A stretch of DNA of 64,000 nt from Bacteroidota bacterium (GCA_049522195.1 JBEKOB010000004.1:20809-84808), one strand, 5' to 3'. Shown: positions 17,923 through 28,612, counted from the stretch's first letter. Numbers and translations are program-made. The notes: generated from the sequence alone by a model not told the origin.

Positions 17923-19020
17923 ATGCTACCACTCACTGAAGAAAACGTTTTCCAGGCACTCAAAGCAGTAAAGGATCCAGACTTACATCGGGATATTGTC
18001 ACGCTAAATTTTGTCAAGAACCTGAAAATTTCTGGGAACAACGTAAGCTTCACTCTCGAACTCACCACGCCCGCTTGCCCTGTCCGGGATCAATTCAAAG
18101 TCGATACCGAACGTGCAATTCGGAGCACGATCTCCGGAGTTGGCAAAGTCGATGTGCAGATGACCGCCTCTGTCGCGACGCACACGAACCAGCAAAAAGA
18201 CCTCATACTGCCGGGCGTGAAAAACACGATCGCAGTCGCCAGTGGCAAGGGAGGCGTAGGAAAATCGACGGTAGCCGTTAATCTGGCGGTTTCACTCGCG
18301 CTCGATGGTGCGAATGTTGGTTTGGTCGACGCTGACGTTTATGGTCCCAGCATTCCGCTCATGTTTGGCATCAATGAGCGTCCGAAACTCTCCGAAAACA
18401 AGCTTGTGCCACTTGAACGGTATGGAGTGAAGATTATGTCCATAGGGTTTCTCGTTGACCCCATGCAAGCGGTTATCTGGAGGGGGCCGATGGCAAGCGG
18501 TGCGGTCAAACAGTTCATGAGTGATGTGAACTGGGGAAATCTCGACTACCTGATCTTCGACCTTCCTCCGGGAACGGGCGACATCCAGCTTACACTTGTC
18601 CAGACGATCCCATTGACCGGAGCGGTCATCGTGACGACCCCACAGGACGTTGCGCTTGCGGATGCCCGCAAAGGGCTTGTCATGTTCAACAAGGTGAACG
18701 TCCCCGTGTTGGGGATCGTGGAGAACATGAGCTATTTCATCTGCAGCCATTGTGGTCAGAGAGAAAACATCTTCGACAGTGGAGGCGGAAGTCGCACCGC
18801 AAAGGAGTTGAGTGTTCCGTTCCTCGGTGAGATACCAATTGATACGCGCATCAGGATTGGCGGCGACAATGGGACTCCAATCGTCGTCATGGACGAGACA
18901 TCTAAGCAGGCACAGACGATACGAACAATCGCCCGGAACCTCGCTGCACAGATCAGCATTCTCCATGTCTCGGCTTCACCATCCCAGAAGGTGGAAATCC
19001 TTCTCGGTGGATCAAACTAG
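17923..19020 (+). CDS. apbC: Mrp/NBP35-family iron-sulfur cluster carrier ATPase
   Basis: N-terminal MIP18/DUF59-like domain, deviant Walker A SGKGGVGKST, and a CxxC (CSHC) motif. Confidence 0.85.
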   Translation: MLPLTEENVFQALKAVKDPDLHRDIVTLNFVKNLKISGNNVSFTLELTTPACPVRDQFKVDTERAIRSTISGVGKVDVQMTASVATHTNQQKDLILPGVKNTIAVASGKGGVGKSTVAVNLAVSLALDGANVGLVDADVYGPSIPLMFGINERPKLSENKLVPLERYGVKIMSIGFLVDPMQAVIWRGPMASGAVKQFMSDVNWGNLDYLIFDLPPGTGDIQLTLVQTIPLTGAVIVTTPQDVALADARKGLVMFNKVNVPVLGIVENMSYFICSHCGQRENIFDSGGGSRTAKELSVPFLGEIPIDTRIRIGGDNGTPIVVMDETSKQAQTIRTIARNLAAQISILHVSASPSQKVEILLGGSN

Positions 19021-19033
19021 GAGAGGTTCTCGT

Positions 19034-19264
19034 ATGGTGACGACTGACATTCTTCAGAAGAGCCTCGAGCAGATTCGTCCATACCTTCAACGGGACGGCG
19101 GAGATGTTGAGCTTGTGCGGATGACAGAAGACGGAATTGTTGAAGTGCGGCTCACCGGGTCATGCGTTTCATGCCCTATGTCTCTTATGACATTGCGTGC
19201 GGGCATCGAGCGGGCGCTGCTGCTCGCTCATCAGGAGATAACGAGGGTGGAACAGGTGCGGTGA
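19034..19264 (+). CDS. NifU-like (Nfu C-terminal domain) protein
   Basis: 76 aa from the ATG at 19034. IRPYLQRDGGDVELV and the GSCVSCPMS CxxC motif. Confidence 0.75.
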   Translation: MVTTDILQKSLEQIRPYLQRDGGDVELVRMTEDGIVEVRLTGSCVSCPMSLMTLRAGIERALLLAHQEITRVEQVR

Positions 19265-19287
19265 GAAACAGAAGAATCAACGGAAGG

Positions 19288-19321
19288 GGCGCTGGCGCGT
19301 TGAGTGTCAGCGCCTTTTTTA
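19288..19321 (+). terminator. rho-independent terminator after nfu
   Basis: GGCGCTG-loop-CAGCGCC followed by T7. Overlaps the 3' end of the convergent ftsE. Confidence 0.7.
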
Positions 19322-19981
19322 TTTGATTTCAATATCAACCAGCTTGCCGTCCTTGAGCTGTATGACGCGTGCTGGGTACTTCCGGACGAGGTCGTAGTTG
19401 TGAGTTGCCATGAGAACGGCGGTGCCACGCATGTTGATCTTCTTGAGGAGTTCCATGATCTCCGCGGAGGCACCTGGGTCGAGGTTGCCGGTCGGCTCAT
19501 CGGCAAGGAGCAGGGAGGGGGCGTTGACGAGTGCGCGTGCAATGACGACACGCTGTTGTTCCCCTCCGGAAAGCTCATGGGGCATTTGATTCCGCTTGTG
19601 GCTGACACCAACGTCCGAGAGCGAATGAAAGACCCTTTTCTTGATGTCGCTTCTACGGGCGTCTGTAACATAGAGGGCAAAAGCCACGTTCTCGAATACG
19701 TCACGGTCTTCGAGCAGCTTGAAATCCTGGAACACGATGCCAAGCGTTCGTCGAAGCTTCGGCACCTCACGTGGATTCGTTGTCGCCGAATCGTAGTCGA
19801 ACACGCTCACTGTCCCTGAGTCCGGCTTGAGGTCCATGTAGAGGAGCCGGAGAAGCGAGCTTTTGCCGGCCCCTGTTGCCCCGACGAGGTAGACGAATTC
19901 CCCGTCCTTGATGGAAAGATCGAGCCGGTCGAGTACTACTTGTCCGTCAAATGAGACGGTAACGTCTTTAAGATGAATCAT
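19319..19981 (-). CDS. ftsE: cell division ATP-binding protein FtsE
   Basis: 220 aa ABC ATPase. Carries [18 protein letters not shown] and [12 protein letters not shown]. Typical FtsE length and N-terminus ([11 protein letters not shown]). Confidence 0.85.
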   Translation of the reverse strand: MIHLKDVTVSFDGQVVLDRLDLSIKDGEFVYLVGATGAGKSSLLRLLYMDLKPDSGTVSVFDYDSATTNPREVPKLRRTLGIVFQDFKLLEDRDVFENVAFALYVTDARRSDIKKRVFHSLSDVGVSHKRNQMPHELSGGEQQRVVIARALVNAPSLLLADEPTGNLDPGASAEIMELLKKINMRGTAVLMATHNYDLVRKYPARVIQLKDGKLVDIEIK

Positions 19982-20961
19982 TTGCTTTTCGAAAATCGAA
20001 CCGCATACTTGATGGCTTCGAGCATGCTGGAGATATCTGCTGAACCCTTTCCTGCGATGTCAAACGCAGTACCGTGGCCGGGTGAAGTCCGTATGATATT
20101 AAGTCCGGCGGAGAAATTGACCGTTGTCCCGAATGAACTCATCTTCACCGGGATGAGACCCTGATCGTGATACATTGCTAGGATGGCATCGAACGACTTG
20201 TACCCGGCGGTCCCAAAAAAAGCATCTGCTGAGAGAGGGCCCTCGACTTGAAGCCCTGCGCCCTTGAGTGCATCGACCGCGGGCGTTATGATTTCCTTCT
20301 CTTCAGAACCGAGTATCCCGTGCTCGCCAGCGTGCGGATTGAGACTCAGAATGGCGATCCGTGGATTGCTGATCCGAAAGTTCTTCTGCAGCGCCTCAGC
20401 GATGATAGTTGCTTTGTCGACAATCTTCTCTTTCGTCAGGCCATCGGGGACATTGCGAAGCGGCGTGTGTATTGTAACGAGGCCGATCCGCATCTTGTCT
20501 GAGACAAGCATCATTGCGACCTTGGCGGAACGACTCAGGAGAGCGATCATCTCAGTTTGACCGGGGAAGCTGTACCCGGAGAGTTGCATCGCCTCCTTTG
20601 AGACCGGGGCAGTGACCATTGCGGCAGTCTTGCCGGATGTGCAAAGCTCCACGGCCTTTTCAATTGCGGCCCCCGCTGATTTGCCTGCCCCTTTAGTCAC
20701 TGCACCATAGCGAATGTCTGCCCAGAGGCCGTCGCCCACATCGAGGACGGGTATCGAAGCGGCATCCTTCCAGGGGAAAACGACCTTTTGGAGCTTGACC
20801 CGGATCTTGAGTTTGTCTCGGACATGTTCAAAAATGTTCAGCGGCCCAATGAGCAGGGGAGTGCACAGTTTCCGTGTTCCGGCATGCGCTGCAGCCTTGA
20901 GCGCAATTTCAGGTCCAACTCCGTTGAAGTCACCGATTGTTACAGCTATCAAGGGTTTCAC
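19978..20961 (-). CDS. pdxA: 4-hydroxythreonine-4-phosphate dehydrogenase
   Basis: 327 aa. Carries ITIGDFNGVGPEI, NPHAGEHG, MYHDQGL and SPGHGTAFDIAG. Confidence 0.85.
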   Translation of the reverse strand: MKPLIAVTIGDFNGVGPEIALKAAAHAGTRKLCTPLLIGPLNIFEHVRDKLKIRVKLQKVVFPWKDAASIPVLDVGDGLWADIRYGAVTKGAGKSAGAAIEKAVELCTSGKTAAMVTAPVSKEAMQLSGYSFPGQTEMIALLSRSAKVAMMLVSDKMRIGLVTIHTPLRNVPDGLTKEKIVDKATIIAEALQKNFRISNPRIAILSLNPHAGEHGILGSEEKEIITPAVDALKGAGLQVEGPLSADAFFGTAGYKSFDAILAMYHDQGLIPVKMSSFGTTVNFSAGLNIIRTSPGHGTAFDIAGKGSADISSMLEAIKYAVRFSKSK

Positions 20962-22307
20962 AGATTCTCAGCCTGACTCAGTACGTAATTACCGTTCTTT
21001 GTGGGATCGATAAAAATGAATCTCTTGTGGATCCGGTCATATGTCCAGATTTCCTTCGGACCGGAATTAGGTTGGAGCACTCGCTCAGACTTGGGAGGAG
21101 GACCATAGAGGATGAAGATCCGTCCCCGGTCCGTCTTATAGCCGTCGTTTTCTCTGGCCGTCGAAAACTTGCGCATCGCCTCGTCAACCCTGTAGTAGTA
21201 TTCAGCCATTGCCTGGTTGTAGGCGGTCGCCGTATCCTTGTCCCGCACCTTCCAGAATCGATAGAATGACTCTGCTCTTCGTTCGGCGGATCCGGACTGC
21301 ATACCATCGATTTCGGATTCCGTGGCGATGTGGCGAAGGGCATCGATGGCGAGATCCGGGTCCGTCAGTGAGAATGGATGGGATGGCCACGTGATATGGA
21401 ATTGATGAAGATCCTGCTTGGATGACTTCCCCGATCGGTATTGAACTTCCAGCGTATAGGAGCCCGGTTCGAGCTTTTCGAGCGGAAGAGGGACATACAG
21501 TGTCTTCCAACCCTGAGAGGAAGACTTCAGTCCATAGAGCACTCCCTGATCCTGAGGGAGAAGATGGAGAACTCCTCGGAGCATAGTGAATCTCGAGCCT
21601 TCGACCTTTTGTATCCTTTCACCAAATCCATCCGCCTGGCCCGTCAATTTCCATGTCAACGTAAGGCTGTCTTGAGCTGCTGGTTGAAAGAACTCAGTCA
21701 AGAATCCTCCTGCATCGGCGAAGAGGACATTGCCCCCCCGATTCATCGGAACGAACATCTGCGACCCCTCGCTGAGGGCGGGTTGTCTGCACATCACGAG
21801 ATCTGAGACCTCCAGTGAGCTAGGCTTCGAGGCGAGGAGCGTAACTTTCCTCGTTTTCTCCATGAACGTCCTGCCCGATTCATGATCGTCGACCGAGAAC
21901 ACGATCGTGTATTTCCCTGGTGGAGCTGACAGAGAGACAACACCCTGCAAGCTTGGAGTGCGGTCGGATTCTTTTGGAAGGGTTGAGCGCGTGAGCGGAA
22001 GCTGCAGAATCTGTCGTGCGACCGACAATTTTTGTTCGTTCTGGAGCTCTACAACGAGTTCGCCGTGAGCCACATACTCAGTTCGTTGTGGAGCTGATTC
22101 ATTGCGGATGAAAATGAAGAAATTCTGTCCGATGCGATAGTGAATGTTCAGTTGCATCGTTGAGGAGTCGGCATTGAAGAGCGCCAGAGCTTCATAGGAG
22201 ATGGGCGAGTTCGGATTACGGCTTTCACTCTCTTCAAAGCGGGTTTGAGATGTGACGTGTGCTGCCCCAACAATCAGGCATGCCGCGAGCAGCGAAGTGA
22301 GTCTCAT
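20958..22307 (-). CDS. GWxTD domain-containing secreted protein
   Basis: ATG at 22307 with a GGAGGG RBS and signal peptide MRLTSLLAACLIVGAAHV. The C-terminal GYKTDRGRIFILYGPP...EIWTY matches the GWxTD pattern. Confidence 0.65.
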   Translation of the reverse strand: MRLTSLLAACLIVGAAHVTSQTRFEESESRNPNSPISYEALALFNADSSTMQLNIHYRIGQNFFIFIRNESAPQRTEYVAHGELVVELQNEQKLSVARQILQLPLTRSTLPKESDRTPSLQGVVSLSAPPGKYTIVFSVDDHESGRTFMEKTRKVTLLASKPSSLEVSDLVMCRQPALSEGSQMFVPMNRGGNVLFADAGGFLTEFFQPAAQDSLTLTWKLTGQADGFGERIQKVEGSRFTMLRGVLHLLPQDQGVLYGLKSSSQGWKTLYVPLPLEKLEPGSYTLEVQYRSGKSSKQDLHQFHITWPSHPFSLTDPDLAIDALRHIATESEIDGMQSGSAERRAESFYRFWKVRDKDTATAYNQAMAEYYYRVDEAMRKFSTARENDGYKTDRGRIFILYGPPPKSERVLQPNSGPKEIWTYDRIHKRFIFIDPTKNGNYVLSQAENL

Positions 22308-22438
22308 AGTTCCCTCCAGCTCCCTGAATTCATCGCTAGTGACTGTCCAGGATCGGTGCGACGCCCTGGCTTTGAAAGGTAACAAGAAAACGCTAAGGGG
22401 GCAATGCAACCCTCTCATTTTTGCAGATCACTGACGGC

Positions 22439-23938
22439 TCATTTCCAGCGACGAAGAAACTCGGTGAGCAGACGCACCCCGATGCCGGATGCGCCTTTCT
22501 GAGTGTACTCTCCGTTCTCTTCGAGTATTGCAGTCCCCGCGATGTCGAGATGAGCCCATTTGTACGACCCGATGAACTTTTTCAAGAACCATGCCCCGGA
22601 GATGGCGCCGGCCCATCGTCCGCCGGTATTCTTCACATCTGCGACATCGCTTTTAATCAGTTTCTCATACTCGTCGAACATGGGTAGCTGCCAGACACGC
22701 TCGTGCGTGGCTTCACCAGCCAGGCTAAGCTTCTTCATCAATGCATCGTCGTTTCCGAGCATACCTGAGGCTTGGTGACCGAGGGCCACGACGACTGCTC
22801 CTGTAAGCGTTGCGAGGTCAATGACAGCTGAGGGCTTGTATTGTTCAGCATATGCCAGAGCATCGGCGAGTATTAAACGTCCTTCGGCATCCGTATTATC
22901 GATTTCAGAAGTCTTGCCGTTGTAATGACGGATGATATCCCCGGGACGAATGGAACTGCCGCTTGGCATGTTCTCAACGCTTGGAATGAGTCCCACAATA
23001 TGCACCGGGAGTTTCAGCCGGGCTGCGGCCTCGAAAGTACCAATAACGGCCGCTGCGCCCGACATATCCATCTTCATTTCCGCCATACCGGCAGACGGCT
23101 TGATAGAGATCCCTCCGGAGTCGAACGTGACTCCTTTTCCCACCAGAATCACGGGGCTCTTCCTGGTGTCTCCATACTCAAGAATGATGAATCGCGGCGG
23201 GTGGATGCTTCCCTGGCTGACTCCCAGGACACCCCCCATACTCAGCTCTTTGATCTCACGTTCATCAAGAATGGTCGCATTGTAGCCGCATCGCTCCGCT
23301 GAAAGGCGTGATGCCTCTGCAAGGGTTTCTGGATAGATCTCATTCCCCGGCGCGTTCGCCAGATCACGGGCCAGGTAGGTTCCTTCGCAGACGATTTGAG
23401 CCCACTCTGTGGCCTGACTTCCTGCCTTCAATTTGGCAGCGTCTTCTGTGCAGAAAGTAATGTTTAGAAGTTTGGGGGGAGCGTCGGGTTTCTTGGAGAT
23501 GTATTTGTCATACTTATACAGCGCTAAGATGGCGCCCTCTGCAAGTGCAGAAACAACCGATTGATAATCCGCTGCGACGGGCGGGATGAACATCGCCAGG
23601 CTTCCTGCTTTGAGCGATCGGGCCCGCTTTGCTGCTGCGGCTGAACTTCGACGGTATCGTTCAAGCGACAGTTTGCTCCGTTCTCCCAATCCGGCGAGAA
23701 CGATGCGGCGCACCTTGCCGCCCCTCCGTGCATACAGCACATGCGTCTCACCTTCTTTGCCGACAAAGTCGCCTAGCTCGGCTGCCGGAACTCGTACCCC
23801 GAGTTTGCGACCTATGGACGAGACTTCGGTTGAAAAAAGCTTCTTGTCCTGATGAACGAACATGGCAACAACGTCTGAGGTATTCTTGTTCAGCGAGGAT
23901 TTTTCAAATGCGATCTTCATACGAGCTCCGTCAGACAA
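22439..23938 (-). CDS. pepA: leucyl aminopeptidase (M17)
   Basis: 499 aa. Carries VGKGVTFDSGG, DMSGAA and NTDAEGRL, which are M17 signatures. Confidence 0.85.
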   Translation of the reverse strand: MSDGARMKIAFEKSSLNKNTSDVVAMFVHQDKKLFSTEVSSIGRKLGVRVPAAELGDFVGKEGETHVLYARRGGKVRRIVLAGLGERSKLSLERYRRSSAAAAKRARSLKAGSLAMFIPPVAADYQSVVSALAEGAILALYKYDKYISKKPDAPPKLLNITFCTEDAAKLKAGSQATEWAQIVCEGTYLARDLANAPGNEIYPETLAEASRLSAERCGYNATILDEREIKELSMGGVLGVSQGSIHPPRFIILEYGDTRKSPVILVGKGVTFDSGGISIKPSAGMAEMKMDMSGAAAVIGTFEAAARLKLPVHIVGLIPSVENMPSGSSIRPGDIIRHYNGKTSEIDNTDAEGRLILADALAYAEQYKPSAVIDLATLTGAVVVALGHQASGMLGNDDALMKKLSLAGEATHERVWQLPMFDEYEKLIKSDVADVKNTGGRWAGAISGAWFLKKFIGSYKWAHLDIAGTAILEENGEYTQKGASGIGVRLLTEFLRRWK

Positions 23939-24917
23939 TGTACTGTTTCGAGCTTGCGACGACCCGCTCGCGGATCATCTCCAAACGGGCTGCCGGGATA
24001 CGTGCACCGGCCGCATTCTTGTGTCCGTTACCGCCGTATTCCTGAGCAAGTTTGTTCACTGCGATATCACCTCGCGAACGGAAGCTCACCTTGACTTCCT
24101 CGCGCAGTTCCGTGAACATCAGTCCTATCTGCACGCCGGCAATGGTGAGCGTGTAATTGATGAAGTTCTCGATATCTTCTTCTGTGGTCCCCGTTTTCTT
24201 AAACATCTCCCACGTGACGATCATAGACGCCACTTTGCCGTCGTGAGCAAGCTGGAGCGTTGACAAGGCGTGACCAAGGAGCTGCAGGCGATTGGCTGTC
24301 CCTTGTTCGTAGATCTTCTGGTATGCCTCGACAGGGTTCGCACCATGATCAAGCAAGTCAGCAATGATCCGATGAATCGTTGAATCGGTTTTCGGGAATC
24401 GAAAAGAACCGGTATCCGTCATGATGGCCGCATACAGCGGGACAGCGAGATCCGGTGTGAGGCACTCTTTGTCCATGGAGAGCAACAGGCTATACAGAAT
24501 TTCCCCCGTTGCCGCTGTCTCTGGATCAACGATATACAAGTCAGCGAAGGGGAGCTGATCGAGATGGTGATCGATGCACACCTTCACCGCCTTGCTATTG
24601 GCGATGTATGGTTTCAAGCTTTGGAGCCGCTCGAGCTGGTTCGCATCGAGGACAATGATCGCATCTGCATTGAGAACCATATTCGCGTGTTGAGCGGGAT
24701 CAAACTGCTCGATAATGCCTTTTGTGTCGAGAAATGCACAGTTCGCCGGAAGCGGGCTGTGGTTGAGAACGGCAACGATCTTGCCATGGGAGGTGAGGTA
24801 GCGCGCAAGGGCAAGTTCGCTCCCAATGGCATCCGGGTCCGGGTTGACGTGAGTCGTCACTACGAACTTGTCATGCTGCGCAACGATTTGTCGGAATTCT
24901 TCGAAGGCTTTTTCCAT
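23931..24917 (-). CDS. nrnA: DHH-family oligoribonuclease / pAp phosphatase NrnA
   Basis: 328 aa. Carries HVNPDPDAIGS, CIDHH and GGNGHKNAAGA (DHHA1). Confidence 0.75.
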   Translation of the reverse strand: MEKAFEEFRQIVAQHDKFVVTTHVNPDPDAIGSELALARYLTSHGKIVAVLNHSPLPANCAFLDTKGIIEQFDPAQHANMVLNADAIIVLDANQLERLQSLKPYIANSKAVKVCIDHHLDQLPFADLYIVDPETAATGEILYSLLLSMDKECLTPDLAVPLYAAIMTDTGSFRFPKTDSTIHRIIADLLDHGANPVEAYQKIYEQGTANRLQLLGHALSTLQLAHDGKVASMIVTWEMFKKTGTTEEDIENFINYTLTIAGVQIGLMFTELREEVKVSFRSRGDIAVNKLAQEYGGNGHKNAAGARIPAARLEMIRERVVASSKQYIV

Positions 24918-24943
24918 CGGCGGTCCAGGTATGATTCAGGTAT

Positions 24944-24978
24944 AAAAAAAGGTGTGACCGAAGCACCGAGCCACACCT
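24944..24978 (-). terminator. rho-independent terminator after korB
   Basis: On the minus strand: AGGTGTG-loop-CACACCT followed by T7. Confidence 0.7.
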
Positions 24979-24999
24979 TCAATCGCCCCTTCACGAGTA

Positions 25000-26052
25000 T
25001 CACTGAACAACCCAGGTTTCCCCGGAGTTCAGAAGCTTTTTGAAATCACCAATGCCCCGCTTCTCCTGTGCGAATGCGATCTGGCGCTCCATCTCGGCTT
25101 CATACACCGGGCGGTCAATTGCCAGGAAGATGCCGACGGGGCGGGGGAGATGCGGTTTGTACGTCATATCAGCCAGAATGAAGGAGAGCGTCGTATCCTT
25201 CTCGTTGTGGACAAGGAGATCATTCACCGAGTTTTTCCCATCCTTCAGGGAGACGACTTCGGGGCTGAAACCATTCAGTTTGATGCCTTTGTCTTTCTCC
25301 TTGCCAAAGAGGAGAGGTTTTCCGTGCTCGATGAACACGACGTTGTCGTCCTTTGTCTCTTTCTCAGTGAACGGGAAGAATGCGCCGTCGTTGAAGACGT
25401 TGCAATTCTGATAGATTTCGACGAACGAAGTCCCTTTGTGTTCCGCAGCGCGCTTGATGATCCCCTGCATATGTTTCGGGTCCCTGTCAAGCGTCCTTGC
25501 AACAAATGTGGCGCTAGCGCCGAGTGCCAGAGCCGCCGGATTGAACGGATAATCGACCGAGCCGTATGGCGTCGACTTCGTAACCTTGCCCATTTCCGAG
25601 GTGGGCGAGTATTGCCCCTTTGTCAGCCCGTAGATCTGATTGTTGAACAACAGAACCTGGAGATCCAGATTGCGCCGCATCAGATGAATGAAATGGTTTC
25701 CGCCGATGCTCATCCCATCTCCGTCGCCGGTGACGACCCACACTGAGAGGTCAGGTCTGGCAATTTTCAGGCCGGATGCTACCGCAGTCGCTCGACCGTG
25801 GATGCTGTGAAATCCATAGGTCTCCATGTAGTACGGAAAGCGGCTCGAACAACCGATACCCGATACGAAGACCATTTTGTTCTTTGGGATCCCGAGATCG
25901 GGCATCACTCTTTGCGTCTGAGCGAGGATCGAATAGTCGCCGCAACCCGGGCACCATCGAACATCCTGATCGCTCGAAAAGTCTTTGGCTGTGTACTTTG
26001 GTACCGGAATCTCGTTTGTGCCTTTCATAATCTCTTCGACAAGCGTGCTCAT
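25000..26052 (-). CDS. korB: 2-oxoglutarate:ferredoxin oxidoreductase, beta (TPP-binding) subunit
   Basis: 350 aa. WCPGCGDY and the GDGD...GGNH TPP motif. Overlaps korA by 4 nt. Confidence 0.85.
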   Translation of the reverse strand: MSTLVEEIMKGTNEIPVPKYTAKDFSSDQDVRWCPGCGDYSILAQTQRVMPDLGIPKNKMVFVSGIGCSSRFPYYMETYGFHSIHGRATAVASGLKIARPDLSVWVVTGDGDGMSIGGNHFIHLMRRNLDLQVLLFNNQIYGLTKGQYSPTSEMGKVTKSTPYGSVDYPFNPAALALGASATFVARTLDRDPKHMQGIIKRAAEHKGTSFVEIYQNCNVFNDGAFFPFTEKETKDDNVVFIEHGKPLLFGKEKDKGIKLNGFSPEVVSLKDGKNSVNDLLVHNEKDTTLSFILADMTYKPHLPRPVGIFLAIDRPVYEAEMERQIAFAQEKRGIGDFKKLLNSGETWVVQ

Positions 26053-27890
26053 TTTATCCCTTTCAGAGTTTCTTCAATTACTTTCTCCAGTTCGACCGAC
26101 CTGAAGGGGAGACCGCGGACCCTATTGAATCCCTTCGCGGGTACAAGGAACTCCGATCGCAGCACCTTCACCAGCTGACCGAGATTGATCTCCGGAACAA
26201 GTATCTGCTTGAACTTGCTGAGAATTTCGCCGAGGTTTTTCGGTAACGGGTTCAGATAACGGAGGTGGAGATGCGAAACAGAATTCCCTTTCTTCTGTTG
26301 ACGCTCAACGGCAGTCCTGATGGCTCCGTAGGTACCACCCCAACCGACCACGAGGAGTTCACCCTGCGGTTCGCCGTCGACCTTCGCAAGCGGTATGTCG
26401 TTGGCAATGCGCTGGATCTTTTCTGCGCGGAGGTGAATCATCAGATCATGATTATCGGGTTCGTAGTTGACGTTCCCGGTGATGTTCTGTTTCTCGAGTC
26501 CGCCAATGCGATGTTCCAAGCCCGGGGTTCCCGGTATCGCCCATGGACGTGAGAGTGTTGCTTCATCACGTGCATAAGGCATGAAGCCCTCCGGGTTTGT
26601 GACGAACTTGGGAGAGATGTCCGGCATCTTGTCGAAATCCGGAATGAGCCACGGCTCGGATCCGTTCGCAAGATATCCGTCCGTCAGAAGCAAAACCGGA
26701 GTCATGTACTTAAGAGCGATACGACACGCTTCAAACGTCGCATCAAAACAATCTGATGGAGTGGAGGCTGCGATTACCGGCACCGGAGCTTCTCCGTTCC
26801 TGCCATACAGGGCCTGCAACAAATCTGCCTGCTCAGTTTTCGTTGGAAGTCCTGTGCTCGGTCCGCCTCGTTGAACGTTGCAAATGACCAGCGGTAGCTC
26901 AACCATCACTGCCAGACCAATAGCCTCGGTCTTTAACGCCACCCCAGGACCGCTCGTTGTAGTTATGCCGAGCGCGCCTCCAAACGAAGCGCCGATCGCC
27001 GAAGTAATTCCGGCAATCTCATCTTCGGCCTGAAAAGTCTTGACTCCATGGCTCTTGTAGAGCGAGAGTTCATGGAGAATGTCGCTGGCCGGAGTGATAG
27101 GGTAGCTGCCCAGGAAAAGCTGCATACTGGCTTTTTTTGCAGCAGCCATGAAGCCCCACGCAACCGCCTGATTGCCTGTAATATTACGGTATCGTCCCGG
27201 TGTAAGCTTCGCAGGAGCGACATCGTATCGCACGGAGAAGATCTCCGTCGTCTCGCTGAAATTCCATCCCGCCTTCAACACCCTGGTATTCGCTTCCAGA
27301 ATGTCCGGTTTGTTCTTGAACTTTACCTTCAGCCATTCGATGGTTGTCTCCAGCGGCCGGCCGTACATCCAGTACATCATTCCCAGGGCGAAGAAGTTCT
27401 TGGAACGGTCCACGAATTTGCTGGAGATGTTGAGATCCTGCAGAGCAAGGGCGGTCAGCTTGCTGATGTCGACTTCGTGTACCGTGTATTTCTCTAGCGA
27501 TCCGTCCTTCAGAGGATTCTGCGCATACCCAGCGAGCTTGAGATTCCTGTCGTTAAAACCATCAGTATTGACGATGATGGATCCGCCCAAAATGAGGCTC
27601 GAGAGATTGACTTTCAAAGCCGCGGGATTCATGGCGACCAGAACGTCGCAGTGGTCACCCGGCGTGTGGATCTCTGTGCTTCCGAAGTGGATCTGGAACC
27701 CGCTGACGCCAAAAAGTGTCCCTGCGGGTGCCCGAATTTCGGCCGGGTAGTCAGGGAGCGTGCTCAAGTCATTTCCGAGAATTGCAGTCGTATTGGTGAA
27801 CTGCGTTCCCGTCAGCTGCATCCCGTCGCCCGAATCGCCTGCAAAACGTATGGTTACTTCATCAACGTTTTCTATCGTTTTCTGTGACAT
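26049..27890 (-). CDS. korA: 2-oxoglutarate:ferredoxin oxidoreductase, alpha subunit (gamma-alpha fusion type)
   Basis: 613 aa. N-terminal gamma-like domain (FAGDSGDGMQ) fused to the pyrimidine-binding alpha domain (SYPITPAS). Confidence 0.85.
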   Translation of the reverse strand: MSQKTIENVDEVTIRFAGDSGDGMQLTGTQFTNTTAILGNDLSTLPDYPAEIRAPAGTLFGVSGFQIHFGSTEIHTPGDHCDVLVAMNPAALKVNLSSLILGGSIIVNTDGFNDRNLKLAGYAQNPLKDGSLEKYTVHEVDISKLTALALQDLNISSKFVDRSKNFFALGMMYWMYGRPLETTIEWLKVKFKNKPDILEANTRVLKAGWNFSETTEIFSVRYDVAPAKLTPGRYRNITGNQAVAWGFMAAAKKASMQLFLGSYPITPASDILHELSLYKSHGVKTFQAEDEIAGITSAIGASFGGALGITTTSGPGVALKTEAIGLAVMVELPLVICNVQRGGPSTGLPTKTEQADLLQALYGRNGEAPVPVIAASTPSDCFDATFEACRIALKYMTPVLLLTDGYLANGSEPWLIPDFDKMPDISPKFVTNPEGFMPYARDEATLSRPWAIPGTPGLEHRIGGLEKQNITGNVNYEPDNHDLMIHLRAEKIQRIANDIPLAKVDGEPQGELLVVGWGGTYGAIRTAVERQQKKGNSVSHLHLRYLNPLPKNLGEILSKFKQILVPEINLGQLVKVLRSEFLVPAKGFNRVRGLPFRSVELEKVIEETLKGIK

Positions 27891-28061
27891 AAAGGGCTGA
27901 TTTCCTTACAGTTATGCTCCGTAAAATGAAGCCATTATTCAATTAAACTACCACAATTTCTCATTTTTTGCACGAAAAGTCAAGGCGATGTCGCTACCGA
28001 TTTGATGCCCCCAAAGCAAGTTCGGTTCGCATCAGGCTACCCTCGTCTTCGCAATACTCAA

Positions 28062-28098
28062 CAAAAAAGCCCACCGCTTAGTTCAGGCACGGTGGGCT
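28062..28098 (-). terminator. rho-independent terminator after rplI
   Basis: On the minus strand: AAGCCCACCG-loop-CGGTGGGCTT followed by TTTTTTG. Confidence 0.75.
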
Positions 28099-28125
28099 TC
28101 CCAATTCGGAATGTTCGTTCCGCAT

Positions 28126-28575
28126 CTACTCGCGGACGACCCAGACCTTCAGATTCCCGATCACACCGCCGGGCAACTTCACGTTGACCGTGTAGATGCC
28201 GAGTGCCTTGATCGAATCTTCGAGCTCAATATGCCGCTTGTCGATTGTGAGCCCTTTCTCTTTGAGCGATTCGGCAATCATCTGTGATGTTACTGAACCA
28301 AACAACTTCTCGTCTTCACCAACCTTCATCTGAATTGTGATGGACACTTTCTCGAGTTCTGCCGCAAGCTTTTCAGAGGCGCGTTTTTCCTTGTCGAGCG
28401 CACGAACGTGCTGCTTTTTCTCTTCCTCGAGTTGCTGGATGCTGCTCGCAGTCGCCAGATAGGCGATGTCGCGGGGAATCAGATAGTTGCGTGCGTATCC
28501 TTCCTTCACCTCGACGACGTCTCCGATGTGCCCAAGCTCCGAAAATTCCTGTCGTAAGATTACCTTCATTGTCAA
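28126..28575 (-). CDS. rplI: 50S ribosomal protein L9
   Basis: 149 aa. MKVILRQEFSELGHIGDVVEVKEGYARNYLIP. Confidence 0.9.
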   Translation of the reverse strand: MTMKVILRQEFSELGHIGDVVEVKEGYARNYLIPRDIAYLATASSIQQLEEEKKQHVRALDKEKRASEKLAAELEKVSITIQMKVGEDEKLFGSVTSQMIAESLKEKGLTIDKRHIELEDSIKALGIYTVNVKLPGGVIGNLKVWVVRE

Positions 28576-28612
28576 ACTCCTTCGATCGAATAGAGACTCA
28601 AACTGTTCTTTA

